Source: Macrostomum hystrix (taxonomy: Eukaryota > Animalia > Platyhelminthes). Taken from it: DNA of 64,000 nt. Under the pieces are notes generated by a model. The model was given only the letters and a program-made list of their open reading frames with translations, had not been told where the DNA came from and ran no database searches. A program made the position numbers and the translations under genes. Where the stretch lies: assembly GCA_950097015.1 (NCBI GenBank), contig CATNEN010000037.1, positions 2,418,001 to 2,482,000 on the forward strand, given 5' to 3'. This document shows positions 21,885-34,723 of the stretch, one piece after another; positions within the stretch are counted from its first letter, which is position 1; each line of letters begins with the position of its first letter.

Positions 21885-23300
21885 CGGATGGATGAGGCGC
21901 CAATCTGATTGATGGATGGATGAGGCGCCAATCAGATTGATGGATGGATGAGGCGCCAATCTGATTGATGGATGGATGAGGCGCCAATCTGATTGATGGA
22001 TGAGGCGCTAATCTGATTGATGGATGGATGAGGCGCCAATCTGATTGATGGATGGATGAGGCGCCAATCTGATTGATGGATGGATGTGGCGCCAATCTGA
22101 TTGATGGATGGATGAGGCGCCAATCTGATTGATGGATGGATGAGGCGCCAATCAGATTGATGGATGGATGAGGCGCCAATCTGATTGATGGATGGATGAG
22201 GCACCAATCTGATTGATGGATGAGGCGCTAATCTGATTGATGGATGGATGAGGCGCCAATCTGAGTGATGGATGGATGAGGCGCCAATCTGATTGATGGA
22301 TGGATGAGGCGCCAATCTGATTGATGGATGGATGAGGCGCTAATCTGATTGATGGATGGATGAGGCGCCAATCTGATTGATGGATGGATGAGGCGCCAAT
22401 CTGATTGATGGATGGATGAGGCGCTAATCTGATTGATGGATGGATGAGGCGCCAATCTGATTGATGGATGGATGAGGCGCCAATCTGATTGATGGATGGA
22501 TGTGGCGCCAATCTGATTGATGGATGGATGAGGCGCCAATCTGATTGATGGATGGATGAGGCGCCAATCAGATTGATGGATGGATGAGGCGCCAATCTGA
22601 TTGATGGATGGATGAGGCACCAATCTGATTGATGGATGAGGCGCTAATCTGATTGATGGATGGATGAGGCGCCAATCTGAGTGATGGATGGATGAGGCGC
22701 CAATCTGATTGATGGATGGATGAGGCGCCAATCTGATTGATGGATGGATGAGGCGCTAATCTGATTGATGGATGGATGAGGCGCCAATCTGATTGATGGA
22801 TGGATGAGGCGCCAATCTGATTGATGGATGGATGAGGCGCTAATCTGATTGATGGATGGATGAGGCGCCAATCTGATTGATGGATGGATGAGGCGCCAAT
22901 CTGATTGATGGATGGATGAGGCGCCAATCTGAGTGATGGATGGATGAGGCGCCAATCTGATTGATGGATGGATGAGGCGCCAATCTGATTGATGGATGGA
23001 TGAGGCGCCAATCTGATTGATGGATGGATGAGGCGCTAATCTGATTGATGGATGGATGAGGCGCCAATCTGATTGATGGATGGATGAGGCGCCAATCTGA
23101 TTGATGGATGGATGAGGCGCCAATCAGATTGATGGATGGATGAGGCGCCAATCTGATTGATGGATGGATGAGGCGCTAATCTGATTGATGGTTGGATGAG
23201 GCGCCAATCAGATTGATGGATGGATGAGGCGCCAATCAGATTGATGGATGGATGAGGCGCCAATCTGAGTGATGGATGAGGCGCCAATCTGAGTGATGGA
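21885..23300. repeat. 28-bp minisatellite (GATGGATGGATGAGGCGCCAATCTGATT)n, about 50 copies
   Basis: Directly visible, with 24-bp variant units. Confidence 0.97.
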
Positions 23301-24049
23301 TTGTCGGTTTTATCTAACAGTGCTTGAGGTTTCAATCCTTACTACTTACCAGAGTATGAAAGAAATATTTTGGTTCGAAAACAGAAAAATGTAATACATT
23401 TTTCCATCACTTTCAATGGCTCGAGTTTTGTATTTGAAAAGAGGCAATATTTTTTCGACTTGATTTTAGCTATCAAAGCAGCCGCTTTCATGAATGTATT
23501 TCAATATCATTATCAATATATTGTCCTGTGATTTTACGCTAAAGCACTTGAGGTCAAAGCTTCTAACCAAGCGGAGTTTCATCAACGATTGTTTCTCTCC
23601 TATGCCTTTCTTTTGTGTCAGGTGGAAAAAACTAATTGATGCTGCATTACTTAATAATTATTATTGATCATTATATATCTCGTATATGGATGTACTCTAT
23701 ACAAGAAAATGCTGTTGTTTGAGCTAGAAGTGAATCGTCTTCATGCAAGCATCTCATATTCATCATAGGATCTTAATTTCTTAGCTTTTGTCTTTTCCCT
23801 TTTACTGTACGATTTAGTTATAAACTAGTCTGCCCCATTCTGAGTATTACCGAATCTCAGAATATGATTCTCAGAGTATCGGGTCCCTAATTCTCTGTAT
23901 TAAAGTCCCAGAGTCCCACCATTTATAATCCCAAAAACGAGTATCCCAAAATCCCAGTGTCGAAAGATTCCTAAATTCCTAGTTAGGAATATCTAAAGAT
24001 CTAATGATTTTTAGTAAAATTTTAAAACAAGACAAAGATCTAAAGATCC

Positions 24050-25785
24050 CAATATATAAAGATTCCTAAATCCCAGTATCTAAAGATCCCGAAATCCCAG
24101 TATCTAAAGATCCCTAAATCCCAGTATCTAAAGATTTCTAAATTCTAGTATCTAAAGATTCCTAAATCCCAGTATCTAAAGATTCCTAAATCCCAGCATC
24201 TAAAGATTCCTAAATCCCAGTGTCCAAAGATTCCTAAATTCCTAGTATCTAAAGATTTCTAAATCCCAGTATCTAAAGATCCCGAAATCCCAGTATCTAA
24301 AGATCCCGAAATCCCAGTATCTAAAGATCCCGAAATCCCAGTATCTAAAGATTCCTAAATCCCAGTATCTAAAGATTTCTAAATCCCAATATCTAAAGAT
24401 CCCGAAATCCCAGTATCTAAAGATTTCTAAATCCCAGTATCTAAAGATTTCTAAATCCCAGTATCTAAAGATTTCTAAATCCCAATATCTAAAGATCCCG
24501 AAATCCCAGTATCTAAAGATTCCTAAATCCCAGTATCTAAAGATTTCTAAATCCTAGTATCTAAAGATTCCTAAATCCCAGTATCTAAAGATTCCTAAAT
24601 CCCAGCATCTAAAGATTCTTAAATCCCAGCGTCTAAAGATTCTTAAATCCCAGCATCTAAAGATTCTTAAATCCCAGCATCTAAAGATTCTTAAATCCCA
24701 GCATCTAAAGATTCTTAAATCCCAGCATCTAAAGATTCTTAAATCCCAGCATCTAAAGATTCTTAAATCCCAGCATCTAAAGATTCTTAAATCCCAGCGT
24801 CTAAAGATCCCTAAATGCCAGTGTCTAAAGATTCCTAAATCCCAGCATCTAAAGATTCCTAAATCCCAGTATCCAAAGATCCCTAAATCCCAGTATCTAA
24901 AGATCCTAAATCCCAGTATCTAAAGATTCCAAAATCCCAGTAACTAACTAAAGATTCCTTAATCCCAGCATCTAAAGATTCCTAAATCCCAGTATCTAAA
25001 GATTCCTAAATCCCAGTATCTAAAGATCCCTAAATGCCAGTGTCTAAAGATTCCTAAATCCCAGCATCTAAAGATTCCTAAATCCCAGTATCCAAAGATC
25101 CCTAAATCCCAGTATCTAAAGATCCTAAATCCCAGTATCTAAAGATTCCAAAATCCCAGTAACTAACTAAAGATTCCTTAATCCCAGCATCTAAAGATTC
25201 CTAAATCCCAGTATCTAAAGATTCCTAAATCCCAGTATCTAAAGATCCCTAAATGCCAGTGTCTAAAGATTCCTAAATCCCAGCATCTAAAGATTCCTAA
25301 ATCCCAGTATCCAAAGATCCCTAAATCCCAGTATCTAAAGATCCTAAATCCCAGTATCTAAAGATTCCAAAATCCCAGTAACTAACTAAAGATTCCTTAA
25401 TCCCAGCATCTAAAGATTCCTAAATCCCAGTATCTAAAGATTCCTAAATCCCAGTATCTAAAGATCCCTAAATGCCAGTGTCTAAAGATTCCTAAATCCC
25501 AGCATCTAAAGATTCCTAAATCCCAGTATCCAAAGATCCCTAAATCCCAGTATCTAAAGATCCTAAATCCCAGTATCTAAAGATTCCAAAATCCCAGTAA
25601 CTAACTAAAGATTCCTTAATCCCAGCATCTAAAGATTCCTAAATCCCAGTATCTAAAGATCCCAAATCTCAGTATCTAAAGATCTCAAATCCCAGTATCT
25701 AAAGATCCCAAATCCCAGTATCTAAAGATCCCAAATCCCAGTATCTAAAGATCCCAAATCCCAGCATCAAAGATCCTAAAATCCT
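24050..25785. repeat. 24-bp minisatellite (CTAAATCCCAGTATCTAAAGATTC)n, about 70 copies, with a 219-bp higher-order repeat
   Basis: The marker TAACTAACTA recurs at 24941, 25160, 25379 and 25598. Confidence 0.96.
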
Positions 25786-26591
25786 TATCGAATGGATGAA
25801 TATTCATGCATTAAAACACGTATTTTTTCCTTAAACTTTCGACATGTCTGCACAACAATGTCATGCGCCCTGTATATTGTGGGAAAAACCTGGCATAGCG
25901 GGGGAACACATTGTAACAGGCGGGGTTTCAACAGCGTGAGAGAGGAAAAATCGTTGAGCAACTGTCGACTCTTACAATCCCCATCCCATCCCACATAGCT
26001 GATTCATCTGCTAGCTAATAGAATGGGAGAATACTATTCAAGAAAGGGTGCGAAGTCCACACGAATTAAGACGCCAATGTTAGTACATACAAGAAAAAGT
26101 CTGGCCCTACAAAGAAACTACTGGCACTTCACATTTTCTGCCCCTTTCTCTCTTTCTTTCGCCTGGGTGCTTTTCTAGCAAGTATGCAAGCGTTTTCCCG
26201 GCTTCATCTATGCTCGTAACACGATCGCCTGTTGTGCCAAAATTGAAAGAAGGATGGAAAAATAAGTGTTTGGTGCCTCTGCAGTTCAATGTATACAATC
26301 TGTGTAATGTGTGCAGACTTTTGCCCCTAGCTTTGGAGTGAATGCTGGGGCCAAGCTGCTGCTAGAGGGTGACGGTCGTCCTGAAAGAAAAACAATCTAA
26401 TGCCCACAGATACCGCCGAACATAAAAGTCTAAGTCCTTGGGCGAATTCAAGGCGATAGGAAATACAGAATGGGAAGTGCTGGTAACTGACTGAGGATAA
26501 AATTTTACAAATATTTTACGCTTTTGGATGGAAAAAATGGACTGTTGATTCAATCTACTTTTTCTGTCAGATCATATTTCTGAATTTTTAT

Positions 26592-27950
26592 GACTGACTG
26601 ACTGACTGACTGACTGACTGACTGATTGACTGACTGACTGACTGACTGACTGACTGACTGACTGACTGACTGACTGACTGACTGACTGACTGACTGACTG
26701 ACTGACTGACTGACTGACTGACTGACTGACTGACTGATTGACTGACTGACTGACTGACTGACTGACTGACTGACTGACTGACTGACTGATTGACTGACTG
26801 ACTGACTGACTGACTGACTGACTGACTGACTGACTGACTGACTGACTGACTGACTGATTGACTGACTGACTGACTGACTGACTGACTGACTGACTGACTG
26901 ACTGACTGATTGACTGACTGACTGACTGACTGACTGACTGACTGACTGACTGATTGACTGACTGACTGACTGACTGACTGACTGACTGACTGACTGACTG
27001 ACTGACTGACTGATTGACTGACTGACTGACTGACTGACTGACTGACTGACTGACTGACTGACTGACTGATTGACTGACTGACTGACTGACTGACTGACTG
27101 ACTGACTGACTGACTGACTGACTGACTGACTGACTGATTGACTGACTGACTGACTGACTGACTGACTGACTGACTGACTGACTGACTGATTGACTGACTG
27201 ACTGACTGACTGACTGACTGACTGACTGACTGATTGACTGACTGACTGACTGACTGACTGACTGACTGACTGACTGACTGACTGACTGACTGACTGACTG
27301 ACTGACTGACTGACTGACTGACTGACTGACTGACTGACTGACTGACTGACTGACTGACTGATTGACTGACTGACTGACTGACTGACTGACTGACTGACTG
27401 ACTGACTGACTGACTGACTGACTGACTGATTGACTGACTGACTGACTGACTGACTGACTGACTGACTGACTGACTGACTGATTGACTGACTGACTGACTG
27501 ACTGACTGACTGACTGACTGACTGACTGACTGACTGACTGACTGACTGACTGATTGACTGACTGACTGACTGACTGACTGACTGACTGACTGACTGACTG
27601 ACTGATTGACTGACTGACTGACTGACTGACTGACTGACTGACTGACTGATTGACTGACTGACTGACTGACTGACTGACTGACTGACTGACTGACTGACTG
27701 ACTGACTGACTGACTGACTGACTGACTGACTGACTGACTGACTGACTGACTGACTGACTGACTGACTGACTGACTGACTGACTGACTGACTGACTGACTG
27801 ACTGACTGACTGACTGACTGACTGACTGACTGACTGACTGACTGACTGATTGACTGACTGACTGACTGACTGACTGACTGACTGACTGACTGACTGACTG
27901 ACTGACTGACTGACTGACTGACTGACTGACTGACTGACTGACTGACTGAT
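26592..27950. repeat. (ACTG)n tetranucleotide microsatellite, about 340 units with sporadic ATTG
   Basis: Directly visible. Confidence 0.99.
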
Positions 27951-28599
27951 TAGTAGACAATTACTAATCAAAGAATGATTCTAATCCCGGACGATAAATT
28001 AGTGAGGAGAATAATTTCGTTGGAACTGGCTGTGAGTCGGAAGAGACAGCTGAGCCAAGTAGGTCCGAGTGAAGCTAAACTATGATCTCAGCACCTACCC
28101 AATAATTCCAGCTTGGCAACAATGTGCGGTGGGTCGGGGCTATAAAATATATGCCATTAATTATGAACAGTTGTCATGAATTATTGCCTGACAGGAGAGC
28201 GGCCAGTGCATGCCCATCTTGATCCGGGTCCCAGCCAGTGTTTCCCAGTTTTCCATATTCCCAGATCTCCGGCCAGTTTTTCAATTACGCAAACGAATGG
28301 GAAAGATTTTTCTGCGGAGTCGACTACTCAAAACCAAGCTTGATCAGGGTCATTGGTCAGCGGATGGTGATTTATGACTATGGGGAGCGAATTGACCCAC
28401 GACATCCACTTTCACCATCCTCAAGGGGGTTGGGAACTTTCCCCTACCCTATCTATAGTCAGCCCCGGAGGGTTTTTTGAAAAGTTTCATTGTTGACAGT
28501 TGCTGGAATGAAAATCCTCATTTTCTCATAATTCTGTTGTTTTTTATGATTGCCGCATTTAACCAACACTAACGATTGTCTCTGACGAGACAGGGAAAA

Positions 28600-29290
28600 G
28601 ATACAGAGAGAGTGAGAGAGATAGAGACAGAGAGACTGAGACTGAGACTGAGGCTGAGACTGAGACTGAGACTGAGTCTGAGACTGAAACTGAGACTGAG
28701 AGAGACAGACAGAGACAGACACAGAGAGAGAAATACAGATAGAGAGAGATATAGAGACAGAGAGACAGAGAGACAGAGAGACAGAGAGACAGAGAGACAG
28801 AGAGACAGAGAGACAGAGAGACAGAGAGACAGAGAGACAGAGAGACAGAGAGACAGAGACAGAGAGACAGAGAGACAGAGAGACAGAGAGACAGAGAGAC
28901 AGAGAGACAGAGAGACAGAGAGACAGAGAGACAGAGAGAGACAGACACAGAGACAGAGAGAGATGAGACAGAGAGAGAGACAGAGAGAGATGAGACAGAG
29001 AGAGAGACAGAGAGAGATGAGACAGAGGGAGAGAGACAGAGAGAGAGAGAGACAAATAGACAGAGAGAGACAAATAGACAGAGAGAGACAAATAGACAGA
29101 GACAGAGTCAGAGAGAGACAGACAGAGAGGGAGAGACAGATGAGACAGAGACAGAGTCAGAGAGAGACAGACAGAGAGGGAGAGACAGGTGAGACAGAGA
29201 CAGACAGAGAGGGAGAGACAGATGAGACAGAGACAGATGAGACAGAGACAGAGTCAGAGAGAGACAGACAGAGAGGGAGAGACAGAGACA
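28600..29290. repeat. Compound AG/AC microsatellite (GAGACT, GAGACAGA...)
   Basis: Directly visible. Confidence 0.95.
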
Positions 29291-29912
29291 ATGGAAGTAG
29301 AACAAGAGAAGGTAGACATTGCTGTCCAATCAGTTTTAAACATTGAACTGACTGGTTCTATTAAGCTGTAAATTATTAGATTCCGTTTTAAAACAAACCT
29401 ATATGTATCGAAATGTATGTAGTTAAGCGAGAGATTTCAAGCAATCGTGGCTTCTTTTGTGCGTTGCTGAAATCGTAAACGGGAAAGCAAAATGAAGACA
29501 ACGAGACAGACTTACCAACCTAGCTCTGTTGCTAGGGAGATGCAGATGCCACATTCCGTCAAATATTTTCGTTTTCCAAGATGCAGAGCCTTTTCTCTCT
29601 ATAGGGAGATCGTTATCTAACTATGGAAATTCGGCCGCCATGTTTCGGCAGTTCGTTTTTTTGCAAGTTTAGCGCCAAGCGATGAAAACATCCATTTAGA
29701 TTCGCCGCTGTTGTGTTAAAAATCAAAACTAGGTGATTTTTTTCTGTCTGCTTGTCGATGACTGATTTTTTAACAAATTTCTTAAAAACAAAGACAGCAA
29801 AACAAGATAACAGTTGGCTTGTGAATTAGGTATGCAGGCATTTTTTACGATTAGGCTGAGGGATTAGTAAAGGTCCCTAACATAGGCAGTTTTTCTAATG
29901 ATGCATCTGTGC

Positions 29913-30273
29913 ATTATTATAATAATTATAATTATAATAGTAATTGCAGGAGGGCTGTGGGCAATGGCACATCATTTTGGTGAAATCAGACCCGCCGCCA
30001 GCGAGGAGGCAATTCTGCCCATTCCGCTGATTCCTGAGCACACAGGCACACAGATACGCAGGCACACACTCACACAGGGTGTGAGCAACTGCCCAGACTT
30101 TTCTCATCGTCAGGCAGTGTACGCTCTCACTTGCCTTAGATGTAAATTGCACGACTAGCCACCAAGCCTTCTCTCCTCGGCTGCGCCCCAAATGAATGTG
30201 GCCTCGCCGCGGAATCGAACTTAGGGACCGTGGTGCGAGAGGCAAACGCGATAACCGCTCTGCTACTCACCCC
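29913..30273 (-). mobile_element. tRNA-derived SINE, family A, copy 4 (most complete, with TAT/TAA-rich tail)
   Basis: Head GGGGTGAGTAGCAGAGCGGTTATCGCG...AAGTTCGATTCC; 3' end CCCTCCTGCAATTACCTATTATAATT on the minus strand. Confidence 0.85.
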
Positions 30274-31108
30274 ATTAGTGTCCACAGTCCTATGTGTTCT
30301 GACAGGTGTCAATTTTTTTAAAGCAATAATAATGAATTAAAAAGTAATGAGTCACCTACTTTATTGTTTCTACAAAGATGCTGGTAGTGGGTTCGCCAGT
30401 GTTATGCTCTGGCTAATATGATCAACATCGATACACCATTTCATCTATACATTCTCAACAAGCCTCATTTTTCAAGTGTGACCTCATCTTCAATGTTCCT
30501 GTCTCCTGACTCTCAATTAATGCCTCTCAACTTCAACCTCACCAAAACATTTGGGATAAATTCCCTGTCCCTCCCTGTCCATCTCTTCAACTCGGCTCGC
30601 AGAAATCCTCAGTTCAATTTTCGGCCCCTTAATCTTATTTTCGTCTAGCCCAGACTAAAAGATCTGCTAGGAGCTTGAATGCAAATCCAGAGTGGTGGGG
30701 GCCGGCCGTGAGTGTTGCGTAACACACAGCAGTCACGCGCTTGTCCGACTGAAAACCGACCATCGGCACCTGATGCGCACACGTCGTGAGCTAATTTCGT
30801 TGGGTAACGCACGTGTTATAAATATAGTAATTTTGTTTGACGCCATGATTAAGCGTGCGGGGAAAGTAAAGCCTCATGCGGTATCTGCTGCTATGTGGGG
30901 GGGCATCCCTCTAAAGCTGAGTCACTCAACCTAATTATGCTACCCTGTTCTAAACTGTGTATTAAAGCTAGGAAAAAGTCACCTTCTCTATGTGAAATTT
31001 GTACCTCTGACTGGGCGGTGAGAGGAATGTGCTCACAAATAAAGAAGGCCTGGATCTACCTTTCTGTCCTCAAAAAGGGATTGTTTTGAGTTTAACTGAT
31101 TTAATTGT

Positions 31109-31172
31109 TTGGGCTAGGGTTAGGGTTAGGGTTAGGGTTAGGGTTAGGGTTAGGGTAGGGTTAGGGTAGAGG
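31109..31172 (+). repeat. Interstitial (TTAGGG)n tract
   Basis: Six perfect TTAGGG units at 31120-31155, flanked by degenerate units. Confidence 0.9.
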
Positions 31173-32642
31173 TGAGTTTTCTCTTACTGACGATTGAATT
31201 TGGCTGATGGGAGATATATCCCATCAAACTTCCAGAAGGACGAGCTCCGCTTGTTCTCTATATTTTTACACTACAAGGCTAGAGCTTCTGAGTATAAACT
31301 CGACTCGCTGAGAAAGACACATGATTCGCCATTCTTTCAGTTCACCCAGCTCAAAAATTCGTACGAGCATTTGCTATTGAAGAACTTTGTGTGGGTGCGC
31401 GTGGTCTGCCCAGTCCACGGACTGAACTTTGGAAGCACCGCGCAATGGCTGCTGCTGTGCGACTGGCTGCACGTCTGGCCCAACTCCGTCGAGTGTTGTT
31501 GCCATTTTTCTACCCATCTAGACTCTATACGACGTAAACGTAATAGTACAATCGTATTCATCAACTGTCTCTGCTAAAATACGCCCTTGTCTGATCTATC
31601 TGATCTGAAAGGTTACCAGAGCAGCTATTTTTATCTTAGTAATCTCTTACGCTGTTTAATAATTAAACTTCAGGCACTGAATAAAAACTTGGTACTATGC
31701 TGAATAGTTTTAGCCAGCCTCCTTAAATTTATTCCTGCGCGTGTGTTTCAGATTTATTGTGCACTTTAGCTGCGCGCACATTTTTCATATGAAGATATTT
31801 CCCTCGGTTGTGAGTTCCTCCGGCTTGTTGAACGCCTGTTTCTTCCAGCTGGCCGTGCAGTCTCTCGAGGATGGAGCCGACAGTTGTTGAAGTCTCCGAG
31901 CTTATGAAATTATCACTCTCAGCTCCAAGTGTGCGCGAGTCCGCTTCACTGTCTTTCTCTCTCTATGCTCACTCTCTATAAAACCTAATTATGCGCCTGG
32001 GCACACGGCCCATCGCTAATTAGCGAAAGACCGTTGAGATGAGCAGCCCCGGTTCGAATCTCTCGGACTCACCCCCTTGGGAAGTGTGTCCCCCATTCAG
32101 TCATCCACCCTGCTGAATTGGTCCAATGTTGTGTGAATAATTTTCTTCGTTATCCCCCAAACTGGTTTCTTCTTAGAGTCAATCTACACTTTTTTCTCTC
32201 ACATTTTTAAATAGAAAATCGATTATTAAAGCGAGGGTTAATGGTGCTCTAGGTGGCCTCGACAAATTAGGCGCTGCGAGTGGTTGTTTCAGCTAGTAAG
32301 CCGCTCAGTTGCCACTTCTAATTTCCCCTGCCCTCCATTGCTGGCATGCGTCTGCTTATAAAATTACAGTTTATTGTCCGTTTGGGCGACCATTCTGTGG
32401 TGTAGATTGGCTAGCAGGAAATTTGCTAATTTTTGCGCATTGTGCGTTCTTAGCTTGTACGTTGTCGCAATGCACGTTGCCGCAAATTGGCATTCAATTA
32501 CTTTTCTCTTTATTGAGCACAGAATTGTCTTGGTTCTTTTACTTTTAGTTGCATCATGATATTGTGATGACATTGTGGTGTGTAAAGGTTTGCAATTTTT
32601 CATCTCACATCACTGCTTGCTTGCATTGTATTTAATGAGAAT

Positions 32643-34723
32643 CAAGCGTCAAGCATCAAGCGTCACTCCATTGTGACGTACACCATTGATTACATTGTGC
32701 ATGGTTGCATCAAGCGTCACTCTATTGTGACGTACACTATTGATTACATTGTGCATGGTTGCATCAAGCGTCACTCCATTGTGACGTACACCATTGATTA
32801 CATTGTGCATGGTTGCATCAAGCGTCACTCCATTGTGACGTACACTATTGATTACATTGTGCATGGTTGCATCAAGCGTCACTCCATTGTGACGTACACC
32901 ATTGATTACATTGTGCATGGTTGCATCAAGCGTCACTCCATTGTGACGTACACCATTGATTACATTGTGCATGGTTGCATCAAGCGTCACTCCATTGTGA
33001 CGTACACCATTGATTACATTGTGCATGGTTGCATCAAGCGTCACTCCATTGTGACGTACACCATTGATTACATTGTGCATGGTTGCATCAAGCGTCACTC
33101 CATTGTGACGTACACCATTGATTACATTGTGCATGGTTGCATCAAGCGTCACTCCATTGTGACGTACACCATTGATTATATTGTGCATGGTTGCATCAAG
33201 CGTCACTCCATTGTGACGTACACCATTGATTATATTGTGCATGGTTGCATCAAGCGTCACTCCATTGTGACGTACACCATTGATTACATTGTGCATGGTT
33301 GCATCAAGCGTCACTCCATTGTGACGTACACCATTGATTACATTGTGCATGGTTGCATCAAGCGTCACTCCATTGTGACGTACACCATTGATTACATTGT
33401 GCATGGTTGCATCAAGCGTCACTCCATTGTGACGTACACCATTGATTACATTGTGCATGGTTGCATCAAGCGTCACTCCATTGTGACGTACACCATTGAT
33501 TACATTGTGCATGGTTGCATCAAGCGTCACTCCATTGTGACGTACGCTATTGATTAAATTGTGCATGGTTGCATCAAGCGTCACTCCATTGTGACGTACA
33601 CCATTGATTACATTGTGCATGGTTGCATCAAGCGTCACTCCATTGTGACGTACACCATTGATTACATTGTGCATGGTTGCATCAAGCGTCACTCCATTGT
33701 GACGTACACCATTGATTACATTGTGCATGGTTGCATCAAGCGTCACTCCATTGTGACGTACACTATTGATTACATTGTGCATGGTTGCATCAAGCGTCAC
33801 TCCATTGTGACGTACACCATTGATTACATTGTGCATGGTTGCATCAAGCGTCACTCCATTGTGACGTACACCATTGATTACATTGTGCATGGTTGCATCA
33901 AGCGTCACTCCATTGTGACGTACACCATTGATTACATTGTGCATGGTTGCATCAAGCGTCACTCCATTGTGACGTACACCATTGATTACATTGTGCATGG
34001 TTGCATCAAGCGTCACTCCATTGTGACGTACACCATTGATTATATTGTGCATGGTTGCATCAAGCGTCACTCCATTGTGACGTACACCATTGATTACATT
34101 GTGCATGGTTGCATCAAGCGTCACTCCATTGTGACGTACACCATTGATTACATTGTGCATGGTTGCATCAAGCGTCACTCCATTGTGACGTACACCATTG
34201 ATTACATTGTGCATGGTTGCATCAAGCGTCACTCCATTGTGACGTACACCATTGATTACATTGTGCATGGTTGCATCAAGCGTCACTCCATTGTGACGTA
34301 CACCATTGATTATATTGTGCATGGTTGCATCAAGCGTCACTCCATTGTGACGTACACCATTGATTATATTGTGCATGGTTGCATCAAGCGTCACTCCATT
34401 GTGACGTACACCATTGATTACATTGTGCATGGTTGCATCAAGCGTCACTCCATTGTGACGTACACCATTGATTACATTGTGCATGGTTGCATCAAGCGTC
34501 ACTCCATTGTGACGTACACCATTGATTACATTGTGCATGGTTGCATCAAGCGTCACTCCATTGTGACGTACACCATTGATTACATTGTGCATGGTTGCAT
34601 CAAGCGTCACTCCATTGTGACGTACACCATTGATTACATTGTGCATGGTTGCATCAAGCGTCACTCCATTGTGACGTACGCTATTGATTAAATTGTGCAT
34701 GGTTGCATCAAGCGTCACTCCAT
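32643..34723. repeat. 54-bp minisatellite, about 38 highly homogeneous copies
   Basis: Unit GCATCAAGCGTCACTCCATTGTGACGTACACCATTGATTACATTGTGCATGGTT. Confidence 0.98.

Noticed and set aside
26550-27971. SQSV-repeat ORFs of 462-473 aa
   Set aside because: They are translations of the (ACTG)n microsatellite.
32643-34723. 54-bp repeat with a hairpin as a CRISPR array or an 18-aa repeat protein
   Set aside because: There are no unique spacers or cas genes and the context is eukaryotic. The frames are open only because 54 is a multiple of 3.
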